In this document: positions 36,010 through 45,042 of the stretch, in pieces | How positions within the stretch are numbered: the first letter of the stretch is position 1 | Layout: each line of letters begins with the position of its first letter | The notes under the pieces: model-generated | Database searches by the model: none | What the model saw: only the letters and a program-made list of their open reading frames with translations | Told to the model about the DNA's origin: nothing | Program-made: the position numbers and the translations under genes | DNA from: a virus | Taxonomy: Duplodnaviria; Caudoviricetes | Reading direction: 5' to 3' (one strand) | DNA length: 51,245 nucleotides | Virus record (IMG/VR): IMGVR_UViG_3300031578_000051 | Span: 1-51,245 of that record

Positions 36010-36080
36010 GGGGGAACCTATACGAAGATAAGTTCCCCCGACTTGCATCTCCAAAAGAAAGGAAGTAAGAATAGAGATGC
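36010..36080. terminator. Tandem hairpins at convergence of the two arms
   Basis: GGGGGAAC/GTTCCCCC and GCATCTC/GAGATGC; T-tract follows on minus strand. Confidence 0.65.
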
Positions 36081-36109
36081 TAGCCACGTCTTTTTCAACG
36101 GGCGGTTGA

Positions 36110-37084
36110 TTAGAACCAGTTCCCTTCTTTAAGTTTCTCAAATATGCTTTCCGCTTTAACTCCTACGTCCCTTCTATATTGCATCTCCTCTATGTCTAAA
36201 TTCTCTATGGTTCTATAAACTCTTCTTCTACACTCACGCACTGAACTTCCTCGAGCGGTAACAGTTGCTATCACTCCATAACTTCCATTGCTTTTTACTA
36301 CACCACGGTCGCTTCGTACTGTGTTCTGAAGCCATACGTGCTTTTCATTCTCAGTGCAGATTCCATTAAGCGGAACACTCTTACACTTAATATGTTCATA
36401 CGGATACGGAGGAATTGATATTCTCACTGCGATAGCATACATCTCTGGAAACTTAAACTCCTTCTTTGCACCAATAGCTATCTCATGTAGTGCTCTCCCT
36501 ATTTCTTCTTGAGTACCTTCAAGAAATGCATACAATAAATCATACTTAAAGTATGGCTCTAGTTTTGATACTTTAACAGAGTCTTTATCAAACACACATG
36601 AGAGGGTAATAAAGCCGCAGTATGATACCTTACGTAGTAAGTCCTTAAACTTAAGTAATGTTTCAGTGAAAGCTTTCTTCTTAGAACTACAAACACATAA
36701 CGTGCACCCCATAGACTCTACTGTAACTCCTCTATCATCTTCCATAAATTTACTTTCATTTACAGATATCACTGCAGGAAACACGAAGTCCACCCCATTA
36801 AACCAACAACTTATAGATGTGTCAGATGGTGCATTTGCTTTCGATAGGTTATTCATTATGAGTATTGCGTCATGATATGAATGATTTAATAAAGACTCAC
36901 TAAACTTTGAATCTCCTATGCAGAAATTACCATATATGTCTATAAGAAGTGGTTTGTCTGCTACTACAACAGACGTTGATTTAATAACTCTCTTAGGGTT
37001 GTTTTCTACATCATACTTCTCGTTCCTTACACGCTCTGCAACAGGATGTAGTCTGTCATTATCAGACATAAATACAAACTTCAT
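36110..37084 (-). CDS. PurD (GAR synthetase)-like ATP-grasp protein, degenerate N-terminus
   Basis: C-terminal TVTARGSSVRECRRRVY...MQYRRDVG resembles GARS_C; SCWFNG, ESMG, YCGFI. Confidence 0.7.
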   Translation of the reverse strand: MKFVFMSDNDRLHPVAERVRNEKYDVENNPKRVIKSTSVVVADKPLLIDIYGNFCIGDSKFSESLLNHSYHDAILIMNNLSKANAPSDTSISCWFNGVDFVFPAVISVNESKFMEDDRGVTVESMGCTLCVCSSKKKAFTETLLKFKDLLRKVSYCGFITLSCVFDKDSVKVSKLEPYFKYDLLYAFLEGTQEEIGRALHEIAIGAKKEFKFPEMYAIAVRISIPPYPYEHIKCKSVPLNGICTENEKHVWLQNTVRSDRGVVKSNGSYGVIATVTARGSSVRECRRRVYRTIENLDIEEMQYRRDVGVKAESIFEKLKEGNWF

Positions 37085-37102
37085 AATTTACTCCTTTCTT
37101 TA

Positions 37103-40100
37103 TTATTCTTTACGAAACATGTTAATGAACTCTTCAATGTCTCCTTGCTGTTTGGTGAGTGCATACTCACTCCATATCAGTCTCTTCCACTCATCTGTCT
37201 CTCCATTCATTAATGCTCTCATGCCCATGTAAGTTCTATAGACCTGATTGTATGGTATACCTGTTATCTCCGCCATACCTTTAAGTCCTAGTTTTGCTTT
37301 GTTAGTCCATTTCTTAGCAGCTGCACCAGCTATCAAATCAATAGGACCTTGCAGTGGTGGAATGCCCCAGGTGCCATACCCTTGCATTATGTTATTAATC
37401 ATTCCACCTAGTACAAACGTGCCAGCAAGAGGGTATGCGATTAAAGCTTTCATTGCTTCTTCTTTACTCATCTTAACCCTTCCATTAGCTATCATGGTGA
37501 GTACCATAGCAGGAAGTATGTATGTAAATAGAGTTCTATATGCTGCGGTACCTGGTGTAATCTGTCCGCTCTTAACCTTCCCTATAATATCATGCTTAAA
37601 GTAGTTATAGTTATTATTCACCTGGTTCTGGAACATGGTAAACATACTTGCAACAGTCCCACTTCTGTGCCAGCCTGGTAAATCTTTTGCGGTAGCCATG
37701 GGTTGGGTTCTTCTAACAGCTAAGTCTGCCTCCATTGCTGCTACTCTTTCTAAATCCGCTGAAGGAATTCTTTCTCCGTCAAGTGTTTTGCTTGTCATAT
37801 AAACTCTATCATATGCGCCCTTCCATACAGCTAATACTGTGTATTTGTCCATAAACACGACAGGGCTAAGTGCAACTTTACGTACTTTGTGTAACCCCTT
37901 TGGGCCTTTAATAACTTCTTCAACTGTGCCTACTCTTGCTTGCTCTGCCATAAACCGTTCAAATTGTCCCATTCGAAATTTAGTCTGGGGAGAACGGTCG
38001 TATACAAACTTCTCTATACCTACGGGGTCAAGCCCTACTTGTTTTATGCCATTGAGTAAGTGGTATATCCCTATCTCACCTGCAGCCTGAAATGCAGACA
38101 GCGGCTGACGCAGAGCAGTGAGAACATTAAATCCTAACATTGCAGTGCCAGCATGTCTTCTTAATATATTCATGGTCTTGTCCGCCATATCATACGCAAC
38201 TCCAGGTCTTGTGCCTGCTACAGCTCCATAGTATTCCTGCACGTTTTTATAAAATGCTCTCCCCTTCTGTGTAATTACAGTCTCTTTCCATTGAGGGTTA
38301 TTTATTATAGTTCTCATCTCTTTTGCAGGAACTGCGAATGCAATGTAATGTTCAACTCTTCCAAGATTATACAAATAGTTACCTAGTGCGTCCATTATAA
38401 CAGGGTTCTTTGCACCTACTTTTCTTGCCTCTGTCATTCCTTTCTCTACATATGCATACCCTTTAGGCTGTCCTTTTTCAAATATCTCTTGTGCAATGTT
38501 CTCTGTTTCAAAGTTAATTGACTCTTTAAAGACTCGTAGAGGAGAGTAGTAAGGAACTTTAGGCAACACTTTTCCTGTCTCTGCTAAGTATGCCGCAGCC
38601 AACCGTGGATACTGTTCTTCATACTTCGTAAAGAGCCAGTCAGATAAAGCCTTTAATTTAAAGCTTCCTTCTACTTTTGTTTTTACTGCAGCTACATCTT
38701 TATCACCAAGACCCACACCTTTTTGTAGATGTCTTAACCCATCTTTGTTTTGAGATGACATGTAAATGTCTACTGCCTCATTGTCTGACATTAATACATT
38801 TCCCACCATCTTCTTTTGTCCATAAAACTCACCTAGATTATCGTGTAAGCCTAATCTCTTAATGGTGTCTCTCACATCATCTACACCTCTATTATGTTCT
38901 ACCAATTCCTTGTCAAGCGCTTGGTTAGGTTTTACATAGAGTTCTTCCACGTTTCTTCCTCTCTTATACCCATCAAGCTCCTCAAACATTCGTTCTGGTC
39001 TATCATTTCCTGCAGCCCATATAAGCATACCATCTTTGAGCCTGCCCCAAATATTCTTGTGCTCACTTAAGACAATATGTTCTTGGTCTGTAGGAAGTTT
39101 CCTTCCTTTAAGTATAGGTTCAGTTAGGAGTGACATCTTCTTTGCTAAAGCTGCATTCTTACCTACTTTTGTTTCTGCTTCCACTTTTGCACCAGCTTTA
39201 GTGACTGCTTCTTCTGCTCTTTTAATTAACATGTCCGCTGCCTTAGTTTGGAGTCCTGCACCAGGTTTAACCGCTTGCATATATTTACTACTGTCCTTTA
39301 AAATTAACTGCCCACCTTCTCCGTCTTCCATTAAAATGATAGTATCTTTAGGTAGTTTAACTTCCTTTGCCTCCCCATACCTTTTGGCAATCCATTTTTC
39401 TTTTGTTACCCAGACTATATCTTTACTTGGTATTTTAGATAGGTTTATACCTAACCTTTTAGCTATGTCATAAAGCCGAACTCTAATTTGTGTATTACCA
39501 AACATCTTAGCGTCATAGTCTAATTTCTCTTGAACTGTTTTGAACTCTTTTTGTGATGGAAGTTCACCTCTATAAGCTTTCCCTGTCCATTTTTGTGCTT
39601 CTGCTCTCGCTTTCACATCACTCATCAACTGTTCTTTGTTTGGCGCTGGTGCTTCATCACCATACACTCTCGTGTCTTCCCACTTCTCTGCTACTGCTTT
39701 ATCAACTAAATTTAGATATCCTGTCTTCTCAGCTCTTGTCATGTTTACAAACTTCTGCTGTTTTGACATTAATGATAGTCTTTGATTAAGTGGAGTACCA
39801 GTAGTATTGAGTGCAAATATAAAATCTGACATAAACTGTGGGATAGACTTCATTATAAAGTCCATAGGGTCTTTTGCAGACTTAGCAGCGGCAATATATG
39901 AAGGCATTGTGAGAAACATGTTAAGAGACGTGTCTATAGACCTTGCTCCCCAACCAATTGCATTAGTGGAGTTTGCTATATATGGTGTCATATTATATGC
40001 CATTCTATATAAGGCTGATTGGAGTCTTGTTGACAAATCTCCTGGTGTAGTTGCTAGCCCATGTACTGCCATAGTAGCCATGTGCTTTGTAACCTTACCT

Positions 40101-40951
40101 AATGGTGCAGTTCCACTTAGTACAGTTTCATCAAATGCTTTTAATGCAGGCACCTTTCCTAATAATCCCATCTGAATTAATAGACCACCAATCTGTGCAC
40201 CAGACTCTGCTATCTCCACCGCTGCGCCATACAGAGCACTCTTCTTTGTAGCACTATCTCTCAAATATGCATATTGTTTATCCACTTCTTCTGTAACAGG
40301 TGGGGCTTTCCACATCTCTTTAGAACCTTCAAAATAAGATGCTACGTCTTTTAATCCCACAGCCTTTGCACCAGCTTCTAACGCAGCAGCTGCTCCTTCA
40401 CCTAGCCCATACAGATACTTCTCAAATATTTTAGAATACACAGCCTTTCCTACATACTCAATCGTTCCCATAGTAGGTTTGTACTCTCGTGGTAACTGTG
40501 AGTTAATTCTAATAATGTTAGCCATGTCTCCATATGTTTTAGGCATAGGTAACTTACTAACTTCATCAGCTGCTTGAAACATCTGCTGTGATTTTTTGGC
40601 AACATTCTCAGTTTCAATTTTTGAAATCGATGATGTTTCTGGCTCTCCAGTCTTTGTATTAATTCCACCCACTATCATGTTGGGATGCCCCTCTATCTTA
40701 TATTTGGAAGGGAGGTGCCCTGTTTCATCTGGTGTCAACTTACCTGTCTCTTTGTACAGTGCCCTGTAATCATAATAATGTCTGGGGTCATCAGGGTCTA
40801 AAGACAATCCTTGTTTAGTTGCCATCTCTTTATATGCTTTTTGAAAGTCTGACTCTGGCATCTCTCCAGTTTCAAACAGTTTTAACATTCCTGCTATATC
40901 AAGCGCCATAAGGCTGACCTCCTTGTGGAGTTCTTGGAGCACCACCCCCAC
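37103..40951 (-). CDS. Large internal virion / ejection-like protein (start probably 40909)
   Basis: ~1270 aa, helical, last of a series of internal-protein-like genes as in podoviruses. Confidence 0.65.
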   Translation of the reverse strand: MGVVLQELHKEVSLMALDIAGMLKLFETGEMPESDFQKAYKEMATKQGLSLDPDDPRHYYDYRALYKETGKLTPDETGHLPSKYKIEGHPNMIVGGINTKTGEPETSSISKIETENVAKKSQQMFQAADEVSKLPMPKTYGDMANIIRINSQLPREYKPTMGTIEYVGKAVYSKIFEKYLYGLGEGAAAALEAGAKAVGLKDVASYFEGSKEMWKAPPVTEEVDKQYAYLRDSATKKSALYGAAVEIAESGAQIGGLLIQMGLLGKVPALKAFDETVLSGTAPLGKVTKHMATMAVHGLATTPGDLSTRLQSALYRMAYNMTPYIANSTNAIGWGARSIDTSLNMFLTMPSYIAAAKSAKDPMDFIMKSIPQFMSDFIFALNTTGTPLNQRLSLMSKQQKFVNMTRAEKTGYLNLVDKAVAEKWEDTRVYGDEAPAPNKEQLMSDVKARAEAQKWTGKAYRGELPSQKEFKTVQEKLDYDAKMFGNTQIRVRLYDIAKRLGINLSKIPSKDIVWVTKEKWIAKRYGEAKEVKLPKDTIILMEDGEGGQLILKDSSKYMQAVKPGAGLQTKAADMLIKRAEEAVTKAGAKVEAETKVGKNAALAKKMSLLTEPILKGRKLPTDQEHIVLSEHKNIWGRLKDGMLIWAAGNDRPERMFEELDGYKRGRNVEELYVKPNQALDKELVEHNRGVDDVRDTIKRLGLHDNLGEFYGQKKMVGNVLMSDNEAVDIYMSSQNKDGLRHLQKGVGLGDKDVAAVKTKVEGSFKLKALSDWLFTKYEEQYPRLAAAYLAETGKVLPKVPYYSPLRVFKESINFETENIAQEIFEKGQPKGYAYVEKGMTEARKVGAKNPVIMDALGNYLYNLGRVEHYIAFAVPAKEMRTIINNPQWKETVITQKGRAFYKNVQEYYGAVAGTRPGVAYDMADKTMNILRRHAGTAMLGFNVLTALRQPLSAFQAAGEIGIYHLLNGIKQVGLDPVGIEKFVYDRSPQTKFRMGQFERFMAEQARVGTVEEVIKGPKGLHKVRKVALSPVVFMDKYTVLAVWKGAYDRVYMTSKTLDGERIPSADLERVAAMEADLAVRRTQPMATAKDLPGWHRSGTVASMFTMFQNQVNNNYNYFKHDIIGKVKSGQITPGTAAYRTLFTYILPAMVLTMIANGRVKMSKEEAMKALIAYPLAGTFVLGGMINNIMQGYGTWGIPPLQGPIDLIAGAAAKKWTNKAKLGLKGMAEITGIPYNQVYRTYMGMRALMNGETDEWKRLIWSEYALTKQQGDIEEFINMFRKE
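40602..40636. promoter_or_regulatory. 35-bp dispersed palindrome, copy 5 (inside coding sequence)
   Basis: ACATTCTCAGTTTCAATTTTTGAAATCGATGATGT. Confidence 0.78.
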
Positions 40952-41195
40952 CTTGAGGAACGCTCATGAGTGCGTTCTCTAATGGGTTAACAGACGGTGG
41001 TTCTACCATACCGCTAGATGCTTGTCCTAATTGAGGAGTCTGCATATTTATCATGAGTTGTCTTCTTATACTCTCTTCTATAAGAGGACGTAGATAATGT
41101 TTCATAGGCGTGTTAGAGTCCATCCTCTGCTTCTTAGTGGGTATACCAGACAACTCTCTTTTAGGCAATCCTCTTTGTAATGCTTCTAATAACAT
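40899..41195 (-). CDS. Hypothetical protein (ejection cluster)
   Basis: Low-complexity P/Q/G tail; operon context. Confidence 0.65.
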   Translation of the reverse strand: MLLEALQRGLPKRELSGIPTKKQRMDSNTPMKHYLRPLIEESIRRQLMINMQTPQLGQASSGMVEPPSVNPLENALMSVPQGGGGAPRTPQGGQPYGA

Positions 41196-41198
41196 AGT

Positions 41199-42218
41199 CT
41201 ATTCCCCCTTTGCAAAGAACGTATCAGTTAGCGCTTGCGCAAGTTCAGGAGACCATAGTCCTGTAGGTTCTAACCCAAATTGTGCCTGTACTGTCTTGAT
41301 TGCATCAGGATTATTTTTGTACAACGCTGCAACATCATCTACTGTCTGAGGTCCTGACTTATTTATTCTCATGTAATTTGAGAGTTCTTGTAATGCGTTA
41401 TAATACGCATCCACGTCTTCTTGCTTTACTTTTCTATAGTTACTCGTTCCTGGAGCCCTCATCGTACCACCAAGTATAGGTGCATCACCTAACTGTTTCA
41501 TTGCAGTCTCTACATTCTCCTGTCCATACTTTTCTATATCAAACTGAAGTCTTGCTAGCGAAACTTGTTCACTAAGAGAAGGTGCTTCAGGTGCTTCTAC
41601 TTCAGCCCGACCAACAAGTCTACTCTCAGTGCTACCATCTTTGTATGTTATATCTTCATATAACCACCCATCTACTGTACGTGTGTCTCTAAATGCAGTG
41701 TCTTTTACTTTCTCAGGCAGCATCCATGAGTATGTCTGTCCATTCTCATCAAGCCTTATGTAATGTTTATCTATTAAGGTCTGCATCAACGGGTCTGTTC
41801 TAACTGCAGCTGGGGATATTGCTCCTGGTTCTGCTCCTAACGCAGCAGCTAGCCCGCCCGGCTTTGCTTTACTAACAACTTTAGATAGTATGTAATCTTG
41901 ATCTTTTTTACTTAACCCCTGTGCTGCATTATAAAGCGCATCTGCCTGTGCATCTAACTTTGCTTGATTTTCTTCTACTATCTCTTTCCTTCTAGCCCAT
42001 GCTTCTGCTTGCCAGTCTGGTGCAGGTGTAGGCGCACCCAATGCACGTGCTAATGGTGCACGGGGAGGAGGAGTTGTTAGGGGTGCTTTATAGGGTGTAA
42101 TCGGTGCTAATCCGGGGGAAGGTTCTCCTAACATTCGTGCCAATGCAGGTTTCTTTTCTGCTATTACAGGCTTAACTTTTCTTTCTTTTGGTCTTAACTG
42201 TATATGTGTTAGTGGCAT
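41199..42218 (-). CDS. Putative internal virion protein
   Basis: A/P-rich N-terminus; C-terminal VQAQFGLEPTGLW resembles a peptidoglycan-binding motif. Confidence 0.55.
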   Translation of the reverse strand: MPLTHIQLRPKERKVKPVIAEKKPALARMLGEPSPGLAPITPYKAPLTTPPPRAPLARALGAPTPAPDWQAEAWARRKEIVEENQAKLDAQADALYNAAQGLSKKDQDYILSKVVSKAKPGGLAAALGAEPGAISPAAVRTDPLMQTLIDKHYIRLDENGQTYSWMLPEKVKDTAFRDTRTVDGWLYEDITYKDGSTESRLVGRAEVEAPEAPSLSEQVSLARLQFDIEKYGQENVETAMKQLGDAPILGGTMRAPGTSNYRKVKQEDVDAYYNALQELSNYMRINKSGPQTVDDVAALYKNNPDAIKTVQAQFGLEPTGLWSPELAQALTDTFFAKGE

Positions 42219-42219
42219 A

Positions 42220-42915
42220 TTATCCTACACCTCCCCAACTAGCCCCTGACGTATAACCTCCACCAGTTGGTTTCTCGTATGGTTGATATGTAGCTAACAT
42301 TGGAATTCCAAGGTAGTTAAGTGCTGCTTCTAATGCTTCTGATGCGCCAGGATTTCTTCTTATGTAATCTTTGAATGCTAAATCAAGAGCTGTCTGTTGC
42401 GCAGTTATTGCAGGACCAGTCGCCTGTAACGCTCTACTCAATGCCCCTTCTGCAAGTCCAGCTCTCCTTTCAACAAGCCCTCTCTCCATCCTTTCTCTCT
42501 CACCAGTTACTTTACCTGCTCTTGCAGTTCCCCAATATGTGCCTGGACCTGCAAACTCTTCTCTAATTGCAGGAGCAGATACTTCCTCAAACTCTCTTCG
42601 AGTAGGAGTAGCAATAGACTCTTGGTACATTCCTTCTGGGAACTTGCCAGATAGCGCCGTTAATAGAGCACTCTCCAATGCACCTCCGACAGCTCCACCA
42701 TAAGGACTAAATGGTTTTGCATACTCTTCTTTAAATCCACCTGCACCACCAGGTTGTGCAAGATATCCCTGTAATGATTCTATTAATGACGCACTCAATG
42801 CCTGTTGACTAGGAGTCAAGCTTTCAAATCCAACTAGCTCTTCTCCTATAGGCCATGTTCCTTGCGCTTTCTTCTTACCTGCCCCGCCCCAACTTACTCC
42901 TGCCATACTTATCAC
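42220..42915 (-). CDS. Putative ejection/pilot protein
   Basis: G/A-rich, LTPSQQ motif, position after tail genes. Confidence 0.55.
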   Translation of the reverse strand: MISMAGVSWGGAGKKKAQGTWPIGEELVGFESLTPSQQALSASLIESLQGYLAQPGGAGGFKEEYAKPFSPYGGAVGGALESALLTALSGKFPEGMYQESIATPTRREFEEVSAPAIREEFAGPGTYWGTARAGKVTGERERMERGLVERRAGLAEGALSRALQATGPAITAQQTALDLAFKDYIRRNPGASEALEAALNYLGIPMLATYQPYEKPTGGGYTSGASWGGVG

Positions 42916-42921
42916 TCTCCT

Positions 42922-45042
42922 TTAAATTAATATTGCTCTTAATACATGTAAGTTATGATTTATTATTGTATAATTATTTGCCATCTCTTGATTTAATCTA
43001 TCTATCACTTTCTTTAGCCCATCTACATCAGGGTTATCATCATTTATCTCTTTCGTAGTAATTAATATATCTCTAAAACCTCCATCTTCTGCATACATAT
43101 AAGCGCTAAGTCCACTCTTAATAAGTTGGAAGTTATTATTTACATTGTTTGTATTATCTATACTATTATTTATGAAATTATTTATAATTGCTTTAAAATC
43201 GTTTACTCCTAAAGGTTCACGTGCAAGTGCATTTAGGTGTTGAGGTGGTATAATAGGTCTAAACGTGTTATACTCATCCGCATCTAAATATTCAGTCATC
43301 GTATTTAAAAACTGTTGTAGCACTCTTGCATTATGATTTAAAACTAGTGCATACTCTGTACTGTTATCTTGAAATATTCTACATTTCTTTCTTAAGTCAT
43401 CTAAATCTCTTTTAGTGTATGCTTTTCTATAGTAGAACCATCCTAACCACGAACCGTTGTATGAAGGAATGTCAGGATAACTAAACTCAGGCCACTCAAA
43501 CGGAGGTAACTCAAATGGTGGGTACCCTGGCCATTCTATATAAAAAGGCTCAAGTTCTTCTGGAATTATTGGTGGAATTATAGGGATTATATCTTCTATT
43601 GGTAATACGTTATCATTTGCATGTCCTAAAGGATAACAAGGAGTATCAAATGCTACGTATTCACCGTAATATGTAATGCCCCCTGCAATCATATAGGCTC
43701 TGTATATATATGACTCACATTCATTTAATGCATCATTAAATGCATAATCAACTTCACCTTCAAATACGCCAGATTTGCCTAAAGGCACCTTATATGCTCC
43801 AAGTTCAGGGTCATATGGAGTACCATGGTCATATTCTATTTTAGTTAAAGTCCCTGTCCATTGTCCCATATCTACCGTTATATCTCCTACATTATAAAAT
43901 CCTATTAATGCCCACCAAATATAAGGGCCAACTCCATAAAAGTCAACTGCTACTTTTATTTCAAACCCTCTTTCAGTTATATTACTTCCACTTACAATAG
44001 TTCCATTACCCATTGCGCATCTATAATAAGGAAAACCCGAAGAGTCTACTTGAGTAGGGGGTTCAGTTGTTACTTCATTGTCACATAAGGTAGTGAACGC
44101 TATCCACTCCCCATAACCTGTGCCTGCTTCATTTTTACACCATGCTCTGTAATAATATAAAGTGCAAGGTGTTAAATTTTCTGCGAACTTAGTGTATGTT
44201 GATAAAAGTTGTGAGGTAGAACTTCCAGTAAGAGTTGTAATGTCTCCTTCCAATCCTTCTTTTAACTGGAACCCATATGTTCCCATCCAATATCCATTAT
44301 GTGTAATTTCCCCATTAAGGGTTGCTTCAGTATAACTTATATCTGTTGCTTCATCTGTTTCTACTGTAGGAACAGACACAGTAATGCGAATAGTTAGTCT
44401 TGGCTGTAAATTATATGCCCCACTTATGCTTATAAAAGGTCTATTTAAATTTGTCCCAGTACTCACCCCATCAATATCATCTTGTGATTGTAAACATATT
44501 CTACAAAAATAATCATTGGGGAAAGAAGCCGCATAAAGAACGAAGTTTATCCAACTTCTTCCATCCTCATTTAAAAGTATATCTTTCCAGCCAGTACCTG
44601 TAGGGTTAACTATCTGTCCACCATTACCCGAAAAATGGGTTATATCAAAATCTTCTGCAACTGGGGGTGCGTGTGGGTAATCAGGTTGCCCATTTGTTAC
44701 TACGTAAGTTGCTGCTAATTCAGCTGCGTAAGCTATCTTATTTATTTGTAATAAAGCATACTCTATTGGTGCACCCGCTTTAATGTTTAAAGCATTACGA
44801 AAATGTACAGTCATTCTATATGTTCTATAGTTGTATGTATCACCTGCCTTATCGAAATCACAATCTTGCCCTATATAATAGGGAGATGTGTTTTTAGTAA
44901 AAGAACTTGCTATGGCAGCATTTCTTACCGCTAAATATGCATCATTGTCTGGATACCCTGCATCTGGAAGATTAGGGCTAACTTTAAGATATTGTGCATT
45001 ATAAGCATTATATGAGTAGATTGTTACTTCGTGATATGCCAT
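42922..45042 (-). CDS. Virion structural protein with FN3-like domains
   Basis: PTVETDEATDI...ATLNGEI...YYYRAW..NEAGTGYGE; Pro-rich linker; helical C-terminus. Confidence 0.65.
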   Translation of the reverse strand: MAYHEVTIYSYNAYNAQYLKVSPNLPDAGYPDNDAYLAVRNAAIASSFTKNTSPYYIGQDCDFDKAGDTYNYRTYRMTVHFRNALNIKAGAPIEYALLQINKIAYAAELAATYVVTNGQPDYPHAPPVAEDFDITHFSGNGGQIVNPTGTGWKDILLNEDGRSWINFVLYAASFPNDYFCRICLQSQDDIDGVSTGTNLNRPFISISGAYNLQPRLTIRITVSVPTVETDEATDISYTEATLNGEITHNGYWMGTYGFQLKEGLEGDITTLTGSSTSQLLSTYTKFAENLTPCTLYYYRAWCKNEAGTGYGEWIAFTTLCDNEVTTEPPTQVDSSGFPYYRCAMGNGTIVSGSNITERGFEIKVAVDFYGVGPYIWWALIGFYNVGDITVDMGQWTGTLTKIEYDHGTPYDPELGAYKVPLGKSGVFEGEVDYAFNDALNECESYIYRAYMIAGGITYYGEYVAFDTPCYPLGHANDNVLPIEDIIPIIPPIIPEELEPFYIEWPGYPPFELPPFEWPEFSYPDIPSYNGSWLGWFYYRKAYTKRDLDDLRKKCRIFQDNSTEYALVLNHNARVLQQFLNTMTEYLDADEYNTFRPIIPPQHLNALAREPLGVNDFKAIINNFINNSIDNTNNVNNNFQLIKSGLSAYMYAEDGGFRDILITTKEINDDNPDVDGLKKVIDRLNQEMANNYTIINHNLHVLRAILI

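Noticed and set aside
31324-37084. 2-aminoadenine (Z-genome) pathway
   Set aside because: The ligase resembles PurD, not PurA/PurZ; no DatZ or MazZ-like gene recognised
38983-38996. CAAACATTCGTTCT as a fourth LexA-like box
   Set aside because: Mid-gene, spacer does not fit RNRY, no promoter nearby
8054-40636. 35-bp repeats as a CRISPR array
   Set aside because: Copies are kilobases apart with genes between them; no spacer-sized intervals
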